This document shows positions 35,529 to 48,567 of a stretch of 64,000 nt of DNA, piece after piece. A program made the translations under genes and the position numbers. This stretch comes from Penicillus capitatus (Eukaryota > Plantae > Chlorophyta), in the NCBI GenBank assembly GCA_965649825.1, contig OZ287695.1, positions 62,001-126,000 of the forward strand, in the 5' to 3' direction. How positions within the stretch are numbered: the first letter of the stretch is position 1; each line of letters starts with the position of its first letter. The notes beneath the pieces are model-generated. The model was not told the DNA's origin. It ran no database searches and worked only from the letters and a program-made list of their open reading frames with translations.

Positions 35529-38065
35529 ATGGGAACAGTGTCTTCCAAGGAAGGAAAGTCTGGCCACGAGGGAGTGGACGACGTTGTGACGCGAGGACCG
35601 CGGGTATTTCGAGGATTTGCGTTTACAGAAGGGGCGCGTACCAGCAATGCACCACCACCCGGCTGCGAAAAAGCCAATGAAGCCGACTATGAATTTATAG
35701 CACAGTCCCTCAGGGATTTGTTGTTGTTCAATCATATCGACCCGACTGCACAAAAGAAGATCGTGACAGAGACGTACGAACGCAAAGTCAAAGCTGGAGA
35801 GATTCTCATCCGCCAGGGCGACAAGGGACATTCCGCCAGAGAACTGTACATAGTCAAAGAAGGAAAGTTTGAGGTGCTTGAGCAGAGACAGGGTGTTATG
35901 ATGCGTGTGAACATGAAAGAGCGCGGAGATTGCTTCGGAGAGATCTCTCTGATGTATGATTTCCCACGATCGGCAACTGTAGCTGCTACGACAGATGCGA
36001 CCGTGTGGGTCCTCACACGCGAAACCACCCGCAAACACATTAAAGAAGCACACAGAACTGAAGATCAGCAGAGCGAACTGTTTCTCAACAGCGTGCCGAT
36101 TCTGAACCCCCTGTCCAAAGACGAGAAAAAAAGACTGGTGGATGCACTGGAGCCAAAGTCTTTCCAAGCAGGTAGGTGATCGATCATAGGAGGCGGCTGT
36201 TTCTGTCTGCTTGATCGAGGTGTCTGTGTGATGTGACAGGTGAAGTTGTTATCCGGCAGAATGACAGTGGTGATCTCTTTTACATCGTTCGTGATGGCGA
36301 AGCTGTTGTGTATGAAACAAATGAGAAGGGAAAGAAGAAAGTAAATCATTTGTTTAAGTCAGATTTCTTTGGCGAAGCTGCTTTGTTCTCGAACGAACCT
36401 CGAAAAGCATCCGTCGAAGCAATAACGAACCTAAAATGTCTTACACTCAAAAGAGAGACATTCATTGACATTTTGGGACCACTTCAAGATCTCATGCAAA
36501 GAGAAAAATCCAGTCATGTTACAGAATCCAGACTGGCCCTCCTTCAGGCGAAGGGAGCACCAAGCCAATCCAGAGTCCGCTGCCCTCTCTTGTCTCACAG
36601 AGCAGAGATCAATCAACCATCTGTGTGTGACATAGGCAGAAGTTGTCATTCGAAGAAAGAAGAGACAACCCAATGGGGAGCAAGGATACGATGTCACCAC
36701 GACCAGGGGACACTTGGACGAAGTCATGCAACTGAGGAAAGGGGGATCAAAGCTGGGAGGTGAGCACACATGCAGATGACAGTGGCGGCGACGTATCTCA
36801 CTTCCCTGGCCGGATGGCCATCTTGTCCAGGAGAACACGAGGAGTCATCCATAGGCGATGGTTCCACGAGGCGTATCACGTTGACAGAAGGCTCCATTTT
36901 GGGAGGCGGAGCCTTCAGTCGGGTGTTCGAAGTGCAAGGTATGTCTGTCCACCATCTGTCTGTAGATCGTGTCGTGATGTGACTGTGCGTGTTCCTGTTC
37001 TGTATATCCAGAGGAGACAACAGGCCGCAAGTATGCGCTGAAATGCATGCAGAAAACTGCTGTTGCCCAATGTCCGGAGCACGTTTTCTGCGAGCAAGTC
37101 ATCACGCGGAATGTTGCTCATCCATTCTGCATTCGGCAATACGCCTCGTTTCAAGATTCAGACAATCTGTACTTTCTGTTTGATCTGATGACGGGTGGTG
37201 ACTTGATGGACGTCCTCGTGGCCGAGGCCAAAGTCATCAAAAGAAGAATTGGCTACGGCACTTTCAGAAGGGCATGCCTTGCTCCCAAGAAAAAGATGTT
37301 GCAAGGAATGAATGAATCTCTCGCGAGATTCTACATCGCTAGCCTTGTGTTGGCTTTGGAGTATCTACATGACAACGACATTGTGTACAGAGATTTAAAA
37401 CCAGAAAATGTCTTTGTTGACGAAGATGGATACATAAAGCTTGGCGATTTTGGTTTTGCCAAGATGATTGAAGAGACTGGCCGAACGTACACCTTCTGTG
37501 GGACTCCTGGATACGTGGCTCCAGAAAATGTGTTGGCACAAGGATACAACTACAGCGTAGACTGGTGGGGTCTTGGCGTCCTCATGTATGTTTTACTGAC
37601 GGGAAGGCAACCGTTCACAAGTCCGAGAACAGATGATCCAATGGTGGTCATGCGAAGAATCATCGACGAAAACTGGCCGATTGCCTATCCTCCTTACCTA
37701 TCATCCGCCGCTAAGGTATGCATCTACCTCTCTTGGCACCGTCCATCCGCGATCGTGACATTGTGTGGCATGGACAGGATTTGATTGGTCGTCTGTTGGA
37801 ACGACGTCCTGCTCGACGTCTGGGAATGCTGATTGGTCGAGCGACAGATGTGAAACGTCACAAATGGTTTGAGGATTTTGACTGGGAGGCACTGGAGTCG
37901 AGAAAGATGGAGCCTCCTAGAAAGCCCAAAGAGGATTCTGCCAAGCGCTGCCAGGAACTGGAAACAGCAGAGAAAGGAAACCCCATCCCCGCCGCGACAG
38001 ACGCACCTGCTGCAACACACGGCACAGAATCACGCGAATCCAATGTGATTTTCGCCGACTTCTAG
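35529..38065 (+). CDS. PKG: cGMP-dependent-type protein kinase (two cyclic-nucleotide-binding domains + AGC kinase), N-myristoylation motif
   Basis: MGTVSSK. CNB-A FGEISLMYDFPRSATV; CNB-B FFGEAALFSNEPRKASV. Kinase LGGGAFSRV, YRDLKPEN, DFGFAK, TFCGTPGYVAPE; AGC tail FEDFDW...FADF. Confidence 0.92.
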
Positions 38066-38237
38066 AATCACAGTCATCCATGTACATCGGTGAAATAAGA
38101 GCAGAAAGGGGAATCGGATCCCACAACACACACGCACAGTACATGCTAGACATCCAACTGTCTTGTCGTGGCACTTGAAAGTGGGATGATTTCTTTGGTC
38201 GAAAGTGCAACCCACTCTCTTACAGCAAATGCAGACG

Positions 38238-39647
38238 CTATGTCACTCGACTGATGAGTGAATGATGTAACCAAGATGGTTCGGGTAATGCATCATTGGT
38301 GCCTGCGAGCGCTGTGAGCATACGCTCCGACTTCGTATTCGCCATGAGCCACAGAAACTGCACATGGATCCATCCCTGTCTCTCCAAGATCTGCTGCAGA
38401 TCAAGGAGCTGATCATTTCGATCACTACGTGTTCCGATGAACTTCAGCGTTGCGATGAGTCGACCTCCTGGTGCGAGAACGGACCGATAGGCCTTCAGTG
38501 TATCGATGAGTGTAAAGGGCGTCACGTTCATGTCGGAAACCAGTAGATCCACAGAGTGGTTGCGTTGAGACAACTGCTGCTTGAGCTCTTGGATGGCCTT
38601 GTCGGCAACCAAGGGAATATGGGTTACATGGTGTAAGGCTGTCACATCTTTGGCCAGTTTGGCACCGTCCACCGCGTAGATCCATCTGCAAGAGAAATGT
38701 CCCATTTCGAGAAGCGTAGGGAGATGGACCCACTGTGCCGACTGTGCTAGGTATTTTGTCCATCCTCCTGGTGCTGCTCCCAAATCTACGACGATCTGTC
38801 CTGATGGCTGTGGTAAGTGGAGACAACGAAATGCCTCGTTGAGTTTGTTCACGGCCTGTCACATCAAAGAGACTCTCCTTCGTCGACGATGCTTGCTCTT
38901 TGTTGGACAGACGGGATCACCGCAGAGGAGAAACCATCGAAGGCTTTGGGTTCTGTACAGAGCTGAAAGAAATTGTGCTGTCTCGGTGTGATACCAAACA
39001 TGTATGTGCATCCATGCTGCACAACGGACAGCACATGTGATGACGTTTTGGGATCCAATGGGACATCCAACGAGAGACCCGTCTACGCAGACATACAAAC
39101 ACTCCCCATTCTGTTCTGTCGTGAAACAGACAGAAGGTCAAGCCTTTGCCCATTCGACGCACGTACCGCGATTTCCTTTTCCAATTGACGCGGAAAGCAA
39201 AGAATCTTTAAGGAATGGAATTCTGTAAGTGATCCTTCCACCCATTCATACAGAGACGTCAGTGATGATACCTGACATGCAGGATCCAGCCAATAGATTC
39301 TGCTCCAGAAAAGGCACGTGATGCTAAAGACAAAGAGAGTTCCCGCTCTCTTACCTGCGAATATGACGATAGAGCACGGAATTCTTGTGCCATTCCATGA
39401 AAACATGGAGGTCCACCTGTACATCTTTCAAGAACACCAAACATGGATCCAACTCACGCGCCTTCAACTCCACACGTCCTCTCTCGTCTCGGACTTGCGA
39501 CACGCGCATCGCACCTGATGCCCATAGAGACGAGATGGCAGTATCGTATTCGTGCGGTGATTCAGGAGGGCGCATAGGCGATCCGTGTGTTTGGCTGTCG
39601 CCGTCTGCAATGCCACATTCATTGTCATCGGAAACGACGTCGGGCAA
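38238..39647 (-). CDS. FtsJ/RlmM-like 2'-O-ribose methyltransferase
   Basis: AVNKLNEAF, VVDLGAAPGGWT, YAVDG, VDLLVSDMN, LIATLK, ANTKSER; 5' exons and start uncertain. Confidence 0.75.
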
Positions 39648-39691
39648 TGTACAGACAGTGTGTTGTTACACATGAGATCCCTGTCTGTTGT

Positions 39692-40536
39692 TCACAATGC
39701 CGTCGACCAGTTGGAAGTCGGCCGATTCGACGACGATGCATCGTTGTCTGTGTTGTCCTTCCCTTCTGTGAAGGCTCGGTGATGCATCAATGCTTCGAAG
39801 AGCTGTGTCCCTCTCAGGCAGTTGGTCAATGGCAGATGTCCGGGTTTGGCATCCAACGAATACACAAACTCCATTGGCCATTTTCGATAGTTGTTGTTCT
39901 CTCCCACAGTCCAATCAATCGCTCTGAAGAACTTGGTCCATCTCCGTGCATTCTGGGCAAATATCTGGGATCCACCATCCCCGTTAAAAATCCTAAGGAG
40001 AGTGGCGACTGTCTCACCTTCCTCTGAACAGAGTATCCGAATTTGTCATTACTGGATGCTTTCCAGAGACTGTCGATGGTTTTCAGGTCAGTGGCTGGAA
40101 TGGAGGCCACCTCAGTGAAGTAGATCCATCCCCGTGACTGTGCCTCTGTTCCTGCCAGTGTCAGCAACAATGCGCGGCTCTCGTCATCTGCTGTCTGAAA
40201 CTCTCCTGCTCTCAGCAGGTCTCTGAGCTTAATGAAATCCAAAGAGCGTTCTGAATTGAGTGGGACGGCGTCCAATGCCTCTGAGATTGTATCTGCGGTG
40301 ATCTCTGCGTTGCCAGTGATTTGGTCCAACTGAGGACTCAGCAGATCGCTGCCGGATACGAAGTCCTGTTCGGGATTTGTCACCCAGACACGACGAAATC
40401 TATGTTTCCCGTCTGCGCGTTGACGATGCCTTTCGAGTCCTAAATCCGAAACGGAGACGTGCCCATCCGTTCCTGTTCTTCTGGAAAGCGGTCGAGAAAT
40501 CGAAAAGATCGTGTTTCTGCTCAGCGTCCCTGTCAT
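39692..40536 (-). CDS. GUN4: GUN4 tetrapyrrole-binding protein
   Basis: LRDLLRAGEFQTADDESR, GWIYFTEV, DLKTIDSLW..SNDKFGYSVQRK|IF, KPGHLPLTNCLRGTQLF; transit peptide. Confidence 0.93.
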
Positions 40537-40726
40537 CTCGATGACACAACGGCGCGATCAATCTAGAAAGCGATTAAACGCATATGCATTTTTGTATGTA
40601 AGCAAGCTCCTTAAAAGCGTCACAGCAGTTCATTAGTTTCTGCTTTGTCGCACAAAAAGAGACATCATGAGGAACATAGTACGTGATGATGTAGTAGGCC
40701 GAGAATGATAGAGACAACCTATCGAT

Positions 40727-43222
40727 CTAGAAAACTTCTTTGCGGAAGATAAACCTCGGTCCGTTCTTTGAAGCGCTGCGCTTGCGACATTCTTGCTTGA
40801 GAACATTCTTCAATCCCGATGGACCACAATAAAACACACCAACTCTACTCTGTTCCACATGTTCTGCTTGGACGACACGGAAAATCCTGGTCCAATCAGG
40901 ACGCCCAAAATGAACCACAGACTTTCTGACGACGCTGCCCTGTTCCATATCAACATTCTCAAACTCTGCCAATCTCAACAGCATGACTCTGAGATCGTTG
41001 CCTTCCTTGAGAGATGTGATATGAATATTGATATCCAGCAATTCGTCTTCGTCTTTGTCGGCGATCTCATCGACTAGTGTCTTGAACCAGGAAGCCTCTT
41101 TTCTTGAACGGACGGTCCAATGAAAGTACACTTTCTCCAGTCTCTTCTTTCTGTCGGATGGTGGGGTATGAAGTACGGATTTCAGGATCGATGCAAACGG
41201 AGTGACGCCGATTCCAGCGCCAATGCACATGACGACGCCGTAGTCGCCATAGTTCTGTGCAGGAGCACCGTATGGACCGGCCACGCGGATGTTGAATGGG
41301 TAGGCTACATCGCTGCGTGTTGCGAGATTGGATCGGCTTCGACTGAAGGCCTTGTAACCAGCCACAGCTGTGTACAATGTGTTTGTCCAGTCTCCAGCTG
41401 CTCGAATGTGTACGCTAAGGAATGGCTCATGTGGAGCTGATGTCAGGGTGAATGGATGCCATTCAAACGGAGCAATCTGAAAACAGTTGATAAATATGTA
41501 CTGACCCGAACGGTATTTTAAGCCTTCTGGCTTATTGACCTTCACTTCCACGACCTTACCCGGCAGCGTTCTCAGTCCGACAACAGGTGTCATCGAAGAC
41601 GGCTGTCTGCCTCGGACAAAGCGTTCTGCAGCATAGAAGAAAACTGGAACCATGACCCAGAGCCATGAATCACTCCATGCCCATTCATTTCTTTCATCGG
41701 GAATGTGAGGGAAGGGATGAAAAAGCATGGCAAGGTAAAACAGCGCAAAGAGCTGATGTGTGTACCAGAAGTAGTTGAAATTGTTCAGGAGACGGCCAAT
41801 GCGAATGGCGATTCTCCGATGTGTGGACATGCTGTTTTCCTTTTCTCCAGGCGCTTTGTTGAAAAAGGCGAGCGATTTGGGATAGTCCAAAGCAAAGAGA
41901 GCAGCAATGGAGTACACGACGATGAGAATGATCCCGGTCACACCATACCAGGAACCGACGAGCGCCCAGAGGCCAGGCTGATCGGATCGATCTCTCAGCA
42001 GTTCCAGCGGAAGGCCTCTGTAATCAGGTGTCGAGCTGTTGACGGCGGACAAATCGAAGTCGAGATCCTTCTTGTTTTCAGGAAAGGCAAAGGACCACTG
42101 TTTGAAGAGACTGGTGTCCTTCCATCGAATCACATCGACCACATGCAACAGGGTGTGTGCCCAGGCCAGTGCAAATCCGATTTTGCCAAGCATGCGGTGA
42201 TAGGCAATGGAGTTGTCGAAGTCAAAAACATGCTTCAGTGCTGTTTTCCTCAGCCTTGTGACAAGCGTTCTGGAAACAGGGATTAGAATCAATGTGAATG
42301 TCGCCTTCATTCCTTGTCCACATCCCTTAGCCACGGGCAGCGTCCAGCTCAACAGATTACGCTTGCGGGCATCTCGACAGCGGACAGGGTCATGCTTCGT
42401 CATTTGCAGACTGAAGGTCATGTACTTTGCTGCCGTCTCACTCATATGAGCATCGTAGACATCGTTAACGCGATCCATCACTTCTCGTCGAGTGACGTTT
42501 GCGAAGGGATCGCGGTAATCCAAGTCCACACCAGAACAGTCTCCTGCATATCGCCAAAATCTCCAGAAGAAGCATGAGGCGATGACAAGGACAGTGAGAA
42601 TATTGGTAAATGCACGCCTTGGGTTGTCTTCGACCCAACTCCACTGCTTCTCGAACCATATCTTTCTGTTCTGGATGATCCGTGTTGTCGCATTGGAGAG
42701 TAAGGCTGCTCGAGCACCATCTCCAATCGTGAAGTTGCCAAGGATATCTGGGTACGATCTCAAGACACTGACAAATCTATCACGTGTAATGCGTTCACGG
42801 CCTTCATTCGTGAAGAGGTTTATCAGAACCCCGATGAGATCTTCAACATCCGTCGTCGACATAACATTGTCGCTCTCTTCAACACTGGCCTCCAGTGCTT
42901 CTTTGAGCTCCTCTCGAGAAATGAAACCGTCTTTGTCCGTATCGAAGAGAGTGAAGGCGAACGTGCCGAGCTGCTCGTAGTTCCCGGAAGCGAGCAAATG
43001 CATAAAGCGGCTATACTCTTCGAAAGAGATGTTGCCCTTCTGACTAACATCCAGAGTGTCAAATAGCTTGACGGCGTAAAAACGGCTGCGACATTGAGTA
43101 CTCTCCATGAACTGCAGCAGATTCATAATACCGCGCCCCTTGGTCGCTTTCCTGAACTCCATTTTCCATTTGTCTAAGCTTTCTTGCGGGATAGGCACTT
43201 TAACCGCAAGAATATCCTCCAT
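40727..43222 (-). CDS. RBOH: Respiratory burst oxidase homologue (EF-hand NADPH oxidase), intronless
   Basis: Single 831-aa ORF. EF hands (DVSQKGNISFEE, DTDKDGFISREE), heme His pairs (YHRMLG...AHTLLH; WYTHQLF...LFHP), FAD motif EWHPFTLTS, NADPH motifs GAGIGVTPF and GVFYCG, terminal FRKEVF. Confidence 0.97.
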   Translation of the reverse strand: MEDILAVKVPIPQESLDKWKMEFRKATKGRGIMNLLQFMESTQCRSRFYAVKLFDTLDVSQKGNISFEEYSRFMHLLASGNYEQLGTFAFTLFDTDKDGFISREELKEALEASVEESDNVMSTTDVEDLIGVLINLFTNEGRERITRDRFVSVLRSYPDILGNFTIGDGARAALLSNATTRIIQNRKIWFEKQWSWVEDNPRRAFTNILTVLVIASCFFWRFWRYAGDCSGVDLDYRDPFANVTRREVMDRVNDVYDAHMSETAAKYMTFSLQMTKHDPVRCRDARKRNLLSWTLPVAKGCGQGMKATFTLILIPVSRTLVTRLRKTALKHVFDFDNSIAYHRMLGKIGFALAWAHTLLHVVDVIRWKDTSLFKQWSFAFPENKKDLDFDLSAVNSSTPDYRGLPLELLRDRSDQPGLWALVGSWYGVTGIILIVVYSIAALFALDYPKSLAFFNKAPGEKENSMSTHRRIAIRIGRLLNNFNYFWYTHQLFALFYLAMLFHPFPHIPDERNEWAWSDSWLWVMVPVFFYAAERFVRGRQPSSMTPVVGLRTLPGKVVEVKVNKPEGLKYRSGQYIFINCFQIAPFEWHPFTLTSAPHEPFLSVHIRAAGDWTNTLYTAVAGYKAFSRSRSNLATRSDVAYPFNIRVAGPYGAPAQNYGDYGVVMCIGAGIGVTPFASILKSVLHTPPSDRKKRLEKVYFHWTVRSRKEASWFKTLVDEIADKDEDELLDINIHITSLKEGNDLRVMLLRLAEFENVDMEQGSVVRKSVVHFGRPDWTRIFRVVQAEHVEQSRVGVFYCGPSGLKNVLKQECRKRSASKNGPRFIFRKEVF

Positions 43223-44901
43223 CTTGTGGCGTCTTCAATCGACTCGCTGTCGTCTCCGTGTGTAGAGACAGAAGAAAAACGTCAAACGGCAGGCAGTCTA
43301 AAACACTCGATGGATGTTTTAGGCCTGCGGCGTCGAGGACACGAAAAAGTGATGATAATACGCACTTCGCGAAAGATGTATACACTCACAATAAACCAAT
43401 GTCCGTCATTGACTAAATCCTGTCTGGCCATGCGTGACACGACTTGAGGAAAGAGCCATGAAAGTGCCATCTGCACCTTTCCTAGCAGGAGTGTTCACGA
43501 AGCTGCACAGTAGCAGCACAACGGTCAAGACGGTCAGGCGAACGGCGCGCCGTTATGTGAAGACGCGGACAGAACGCCCGCGTCAACTGCGCCCCCGAAG
43601 AGAATTCTCACATGGCAGCGTCTCGGTACTCAACAACATGAATAAGAAGTTCTCTTCTCCTCCAGACTCCAACAAAACACAAGATGCCTGGATTTGTCTG
43701 GACGGTGTTAGTTAACCTTGTACTTAGCGAATGGCATGATCGAATGCGGAATCGCCATCCCGAACAACATGGACGAACCAGCCAGCTGCATGGGGAGGAA
43801 TCTACGACGCAGGAGTTCTCCTGAAGAAAAGACCGCGGCAGATAAGGGCACACTCTTATTCACTGAAGGTCGAGCTGAGAACCGATTTTCCGGCTTCCGG
43901 CTTCCGCCTTCTTTGCACAGCAAGATGAAATCTCTCACTGCCACCTGACTGCCAAAGTGCCACCTCAGTCCCATTGCTGCAGAATTTGGAACGGTCGTGT
44001 TTTGGCGCACATGCCAGTGAAGAAGACCAACAAAACACACTCTCAGCATTATTCTTGATGGTGTCCATCATGTCGTTCACCGGTATGACGCGTGATGCAG
44101 CTATGCGTGTCTGACACAGGATGACGTATCCCATCGTTTTATGATATTCAGTGCTATGGAAAATCGTCAATGCACAGAGATTCAGGGACCGTGCACGCAT
44201 TTCAGAAGTTCTGCCATACAAAGAATCTAATGCGAAGATATCATTCATACAGAGGCACTTTGTACACTCAGTGACGGCATAGCGCCCTATTCCATTGCCG
44301 GAATCATAACTTACGCAGAGTAGATGTTCGATCAGAAATCTGTATGGACCTGATGAACATCACCCCATCCACAATCATCAGTCGGCCTCGCCATCGCATA
44401 TCACTCAAATTGACTGTCGGTAAACGACGTGTCATTGGGGTCACACACACTCTGCAAAGATCCCACAGGACTTACTCACGCGTTGAAACGCAAACACTGA
44501 CAGATTCACAAGGGAGATGAACAACGTCGCTGTGATCCGAGCGCTACTTTAGATCCGTACATAGTGTGGAGGTCGATCGAACAGAAAGTACCAGTGCACA
44601 TGCCTGTCCACCGTTTCTTTCTCAATCTGTTCCGGGGAGACATGCATCACAAACAGTATCGTCGGCACCAATCCGATCATCTCACAACAGTGGCATGGAA
44701 CGGTTCATCGGACGAGGATAAAAGAGAGAAAGAAGGCAATACGGACGAAGAACATGTTTATGGGACGCTGGTGATGGACGCGTGGTTTATCCCTGGCGAG
44801 ACAGTGGATGACAGTGACAGGTGGCGACAGAGTATGTACTGCTGGCGCCGTGTCATCCCCTATTCCATAGCGACCTCTATTGGAATCTATTTGTTGTCGC
44901 C

Positions 44902-46017
44902 ATGTCGATGGAAACCAAAGCGAAGAAGGGCAAGGTGCGCATGGTCTGCTAAGCCCCTTTGCTCACGACCGGCCCCACTCGGCCGGTTGATACGAAGGAT
45001 ATCTTGAATAATGCATGGTTGTGATGCAGAGCGGCGGCGATGGTGTGCGTGCTGGAAACCACGGCGTGTATTTGACATGCGAGAAAGATTTCGAGAAGCG
45101 CGCCTCTCGTGAACTGCTCGAAGTGTTGAGTCGCGTAAGTGAAACTGCATGATGATGTCTGCCCGTCACGGAAGTTCTTTTTAGTACGTCGACGACACAC
45201 CGAAGACGGGAGAGACGAGCGAGATGAAAGCAGAAGCACACGTCGATATCAGCAAAGCCATCAAGGCTGAAGTGGCTCAACTAAAAAAGCGAACGTCTTC
45301 TCTATTTCACATTAAGTACATGGGTGGCGTCCACGGTTCGGGTTTCTTGGTGTTCGAGCCAAGTGAGAGTGTTGACCAAAGAGGAATGGATGATGTCATC
45401 TAGAACGGCGTGATATTATTAGGTGCACCAGATCCGTCCGAGTTGGTGGTGCAAGTGATGAAAGATGTCTGCGAGAGTGGAGAGAATATGTTCAAGACAT
45501 GTATCAAGATTCTCCCTTTCACCCACTGCCGCCCTGCAACGCATGAAGAGATGCAGAAACTTGCCGAAGAATTGCTGCCTGTGCATTTCCCGGAAGGTGA
45601 TGGACTATGGTCTGTCTTTCGTTGCTTTGACAGAATGTCAAAACAGGCAACGAGGCGCCCACATTTCAGTTTGCTGTGCACTGCGAGAAGCATTGTGCAG
45701 CAGATCCCCGTCTCCACACCATGGACATCATCAAGACCTTTGCAGATCGTGTGGATCCGCGTCATCAGGTTAATCTAAGTCATCCGGAGAAAGTCGTCCT
45801 GGTCTCCATCATCAAGAACCTATGCTTTGTGGCGATTGTGGATGGTGTCTCTTATGAGAAGTATGGAAAATTCAATGTACGTCAGTGTCTTGAGAAACAC
45901 ATCGACGAGAGAGGTGATGAAACGAACAAGAGAAAGGCAGAGGATTCTGGCCGTAAAGGTGCTGTGAAGAAGGTGAGCTCTGAGGGGGAGATGCGTGTGG
46001 GGGTGGAAGCAGTCTAG
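44902..46017 (+). CDS. THUMP-domain protein (Tan1/THUMPD1-like)
   Basis: HGVYLTCEKDFEKRASRELL, KILPFTHC, FAVHCEKH, HQVNLSHPEKVVLVSIIKNLCFV, YGKFNVRQ. Confidence 0.85.
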
Positions 46018-46365
46018 ACTGGCTTCATTTGAAACGGAGGTTGGAAGCATTCATCGAAACCATTTTTCCCTTGGTGTAAAGTAATTGGTTCTCGATTTCA
46101 TTCCTTTGGTATCTACCACCGTGGAGGACCTTTTTCTCAGAAAGGACGTTTGGCATGAACAATGATATGTTCGATTCAACGTCTTAGTTTGGAGACAATT
46201 GTCGTTTGTTTTTCGCTGGATTCATGTGTAACAGAGTTTTTGAGTGAGAAGGTGATTGAAAAGAAATGTCAAGATCGGGTCACACATCAACCGTCCCCGT
46301 GTCATCTATAAGCTACATACTATGAACTCAATCAATTTCCGCATATGCTCGACAGCCAACAGCGC

Positions 46366-48567
46366 TTAGTCGACCTCTTCAATCTTTGGTCCTGATCCAG
46401 CTGAAGCATCCGCACCAGCGGCGGCACCTCCCATATCGGGCATACCACCTGGCATACCACCTGCGCCTGGTGGCATACCACCTTCCGCTTGATACATCTT
46501 GGCGATGATGGGATTGCAGATGCCTTCGAGTTCTTTCATCTTGGCATCGTACTCCTCTTTCTCCGCCATCTCGTTGTTCTCCAACCACGAGATGGTATCC
46601 TCAATGGCCTTCTCTATCTTGGCCTTCTCATCGGCTGCGATCTTCTCGGAGACTTTCTCTTCATTCACCGTGTTTCGCATGTTGTAGGCATAGTTTTCGA
46701 GTCCATTCTTGCTCTCTATCTTCTCTTTGTGCGCCTCGTCCTCCGCTTTGTATTTTTCTGCTTCTTGAACCATGCGTTCGATGTCTTCTTTCGATAACCG
46801 TCCCTTATCATTGGTAATGGTGATCTTATTCTTGCGTCCTGTCGTCTTGTCTTCTGCCGAGACATTCAGAATTCCATTTGCGTCAATGTCAAAGGTGACA
46901 CTGATTTGTGGGACACCACGGGGTGCTGGTGGAATGCCGGTTAGTTCAAATTTACCAAGGAGATTGTTATCTCTTGTACGAGAACGTTCTCCTTCGTAAA
47001 CTTGAATTAACACGCCTGGCTGATTATCAGAATATGTCGAAAAGACTTGTTCTTTCTTGGTAGGGACTGTTGTATTTCTGGGAATCAGCGTCGTCTAAGG
47101 GGCCGGAATGCGGCAACAGTGGAAGGAGGGGCAGAGGCTTACCATGACACCACCTGCTGTTTCCAGACCGAGTGAGAGAGGGGCGACATCTAACAGCAAG
47201 AGATCTTGCACTTTTTCACTTTGACTGCCACCTAAAATCGCTGCCTGGACAGCAGCACCATAGGCTACTGCTTCGTCTGGATTGATGGAACGACAGAGTT
47301 CTTTTCCGTTGAAGAAATCTTGCAGCATCTGTTGGATTTTGGGAATTCGTGTCGATCCTCCCACCAACACGACATCGTGGATCTGTGACTTGTCCATCTT
47401 CGCATCTCTGAGGCATTTGCCAACGGGATCCATGCACTTTCTGAAGAGATCCATATTCAACTCCTCAAAACGGGCACGGGTGATGGCACTGGCAAAATCG
47501 ATGCCTTCGAAGAGAGAATCCAGCTCAATAGTCGTCTGCGTCGTCGCCGAAACCGTTCTCTTAGCTCTTTCGCATGCTGTCCTCAGGCGACGACAGGCTC
47601 TGGCATTGTTTGTCAAGTCCTTCTTGTATTTTCTCTGGAATTCTTTGGCAAAGTGCGTTACCATGCGCTCATCGAAATCCTCGCCGCCCAGATGGGTATC
47701 CCCAGCCGTGGCCTTCACTTCGAAGATACCTTCTTCAATCGTTAGCAGAGACACATCGAATGTCCCTCCTCCCAGATCAAAGATCAGCACATTCCGTTCG
47801 CCAACAGTCGTGTCTTTTTTGTCCAGTCCATACGCAATGGCGGCAGCTGTAGGTTCGTTGATGATTCGCAGAACCTCGAGACCGGCAATGGTGCCAGCAT
47901 CTTTTGTTGCCTGTCGCTGGGAGTCATTGAAATAGGCAGGAACAGTAATGACAGCGCGCTTCACTTCCTGGTCTGCACCAAGAAAAGACTGCGCCGTCTC
48001 CTTCATCTTGGTCAAGACCATGGCAGAGATCTCCTCTGCCTTGAAGACCTTCTCCTCACCCTTGTAGTTCACTGCAAGGACAGATAGAGCATCTCAATGG
48101 CAGGCGAATGAGGCAACAACGCACCATGGATCTCCGGAACGTCGCCTGGACCAGACTTGACCGCAAAAGGCCACAGTTTCACGTCGCTTTGGACGATGGG
48201 GTCTGCGAATTTTCGACCGATGAGTCGCTTTGCGTCAAAGACGGAGTTCATCGGGTTCATGGCCACCTAGCGCACAACGAAGACGTGTTGTCCGACGATA
48301 AAACAAGGCGGGGGATGCTCACTTGGTTTTTAGCGGCGTCACCAATGAGACGCTCGGCGTCGGTAAAGGCGACATACGACGGCGTGGTTCGGTTTCCTTG
48401 ATCATTAGCGATGATTTCTACACGGTCGTTCTGCCAGACACCAACGCAGCTGCATAGACACAGGCATCCTTCAATTCGGCCGCATTCTGAGGCGCAGAGA
48501 GCGCAGGGGATACGGACCTGTACGTCGTTCCAAGGTCAATACCGACCGGCGGCGCATCTCTTGCCAT
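46366..48567 (-). CDS. HSP70: Cytosolic HSP70
   Basis: [47 protein letters not shown]-terminal GPKIEEVD; 4 introns traced. Confidence 0.98.

Noticed and set aside
43583-44071. Possible small minus-strand gene (MMDTIKNNAE...)
   Set aside because: No convincing family match or unique exon chain.
44350-44880. Possible two-TM minus-strand gene (RPINMFFVRIAFFLSFIL|MIGLVPTILFVM)
   Set aside because: Plausible, but start, stop and homology could not be supported.
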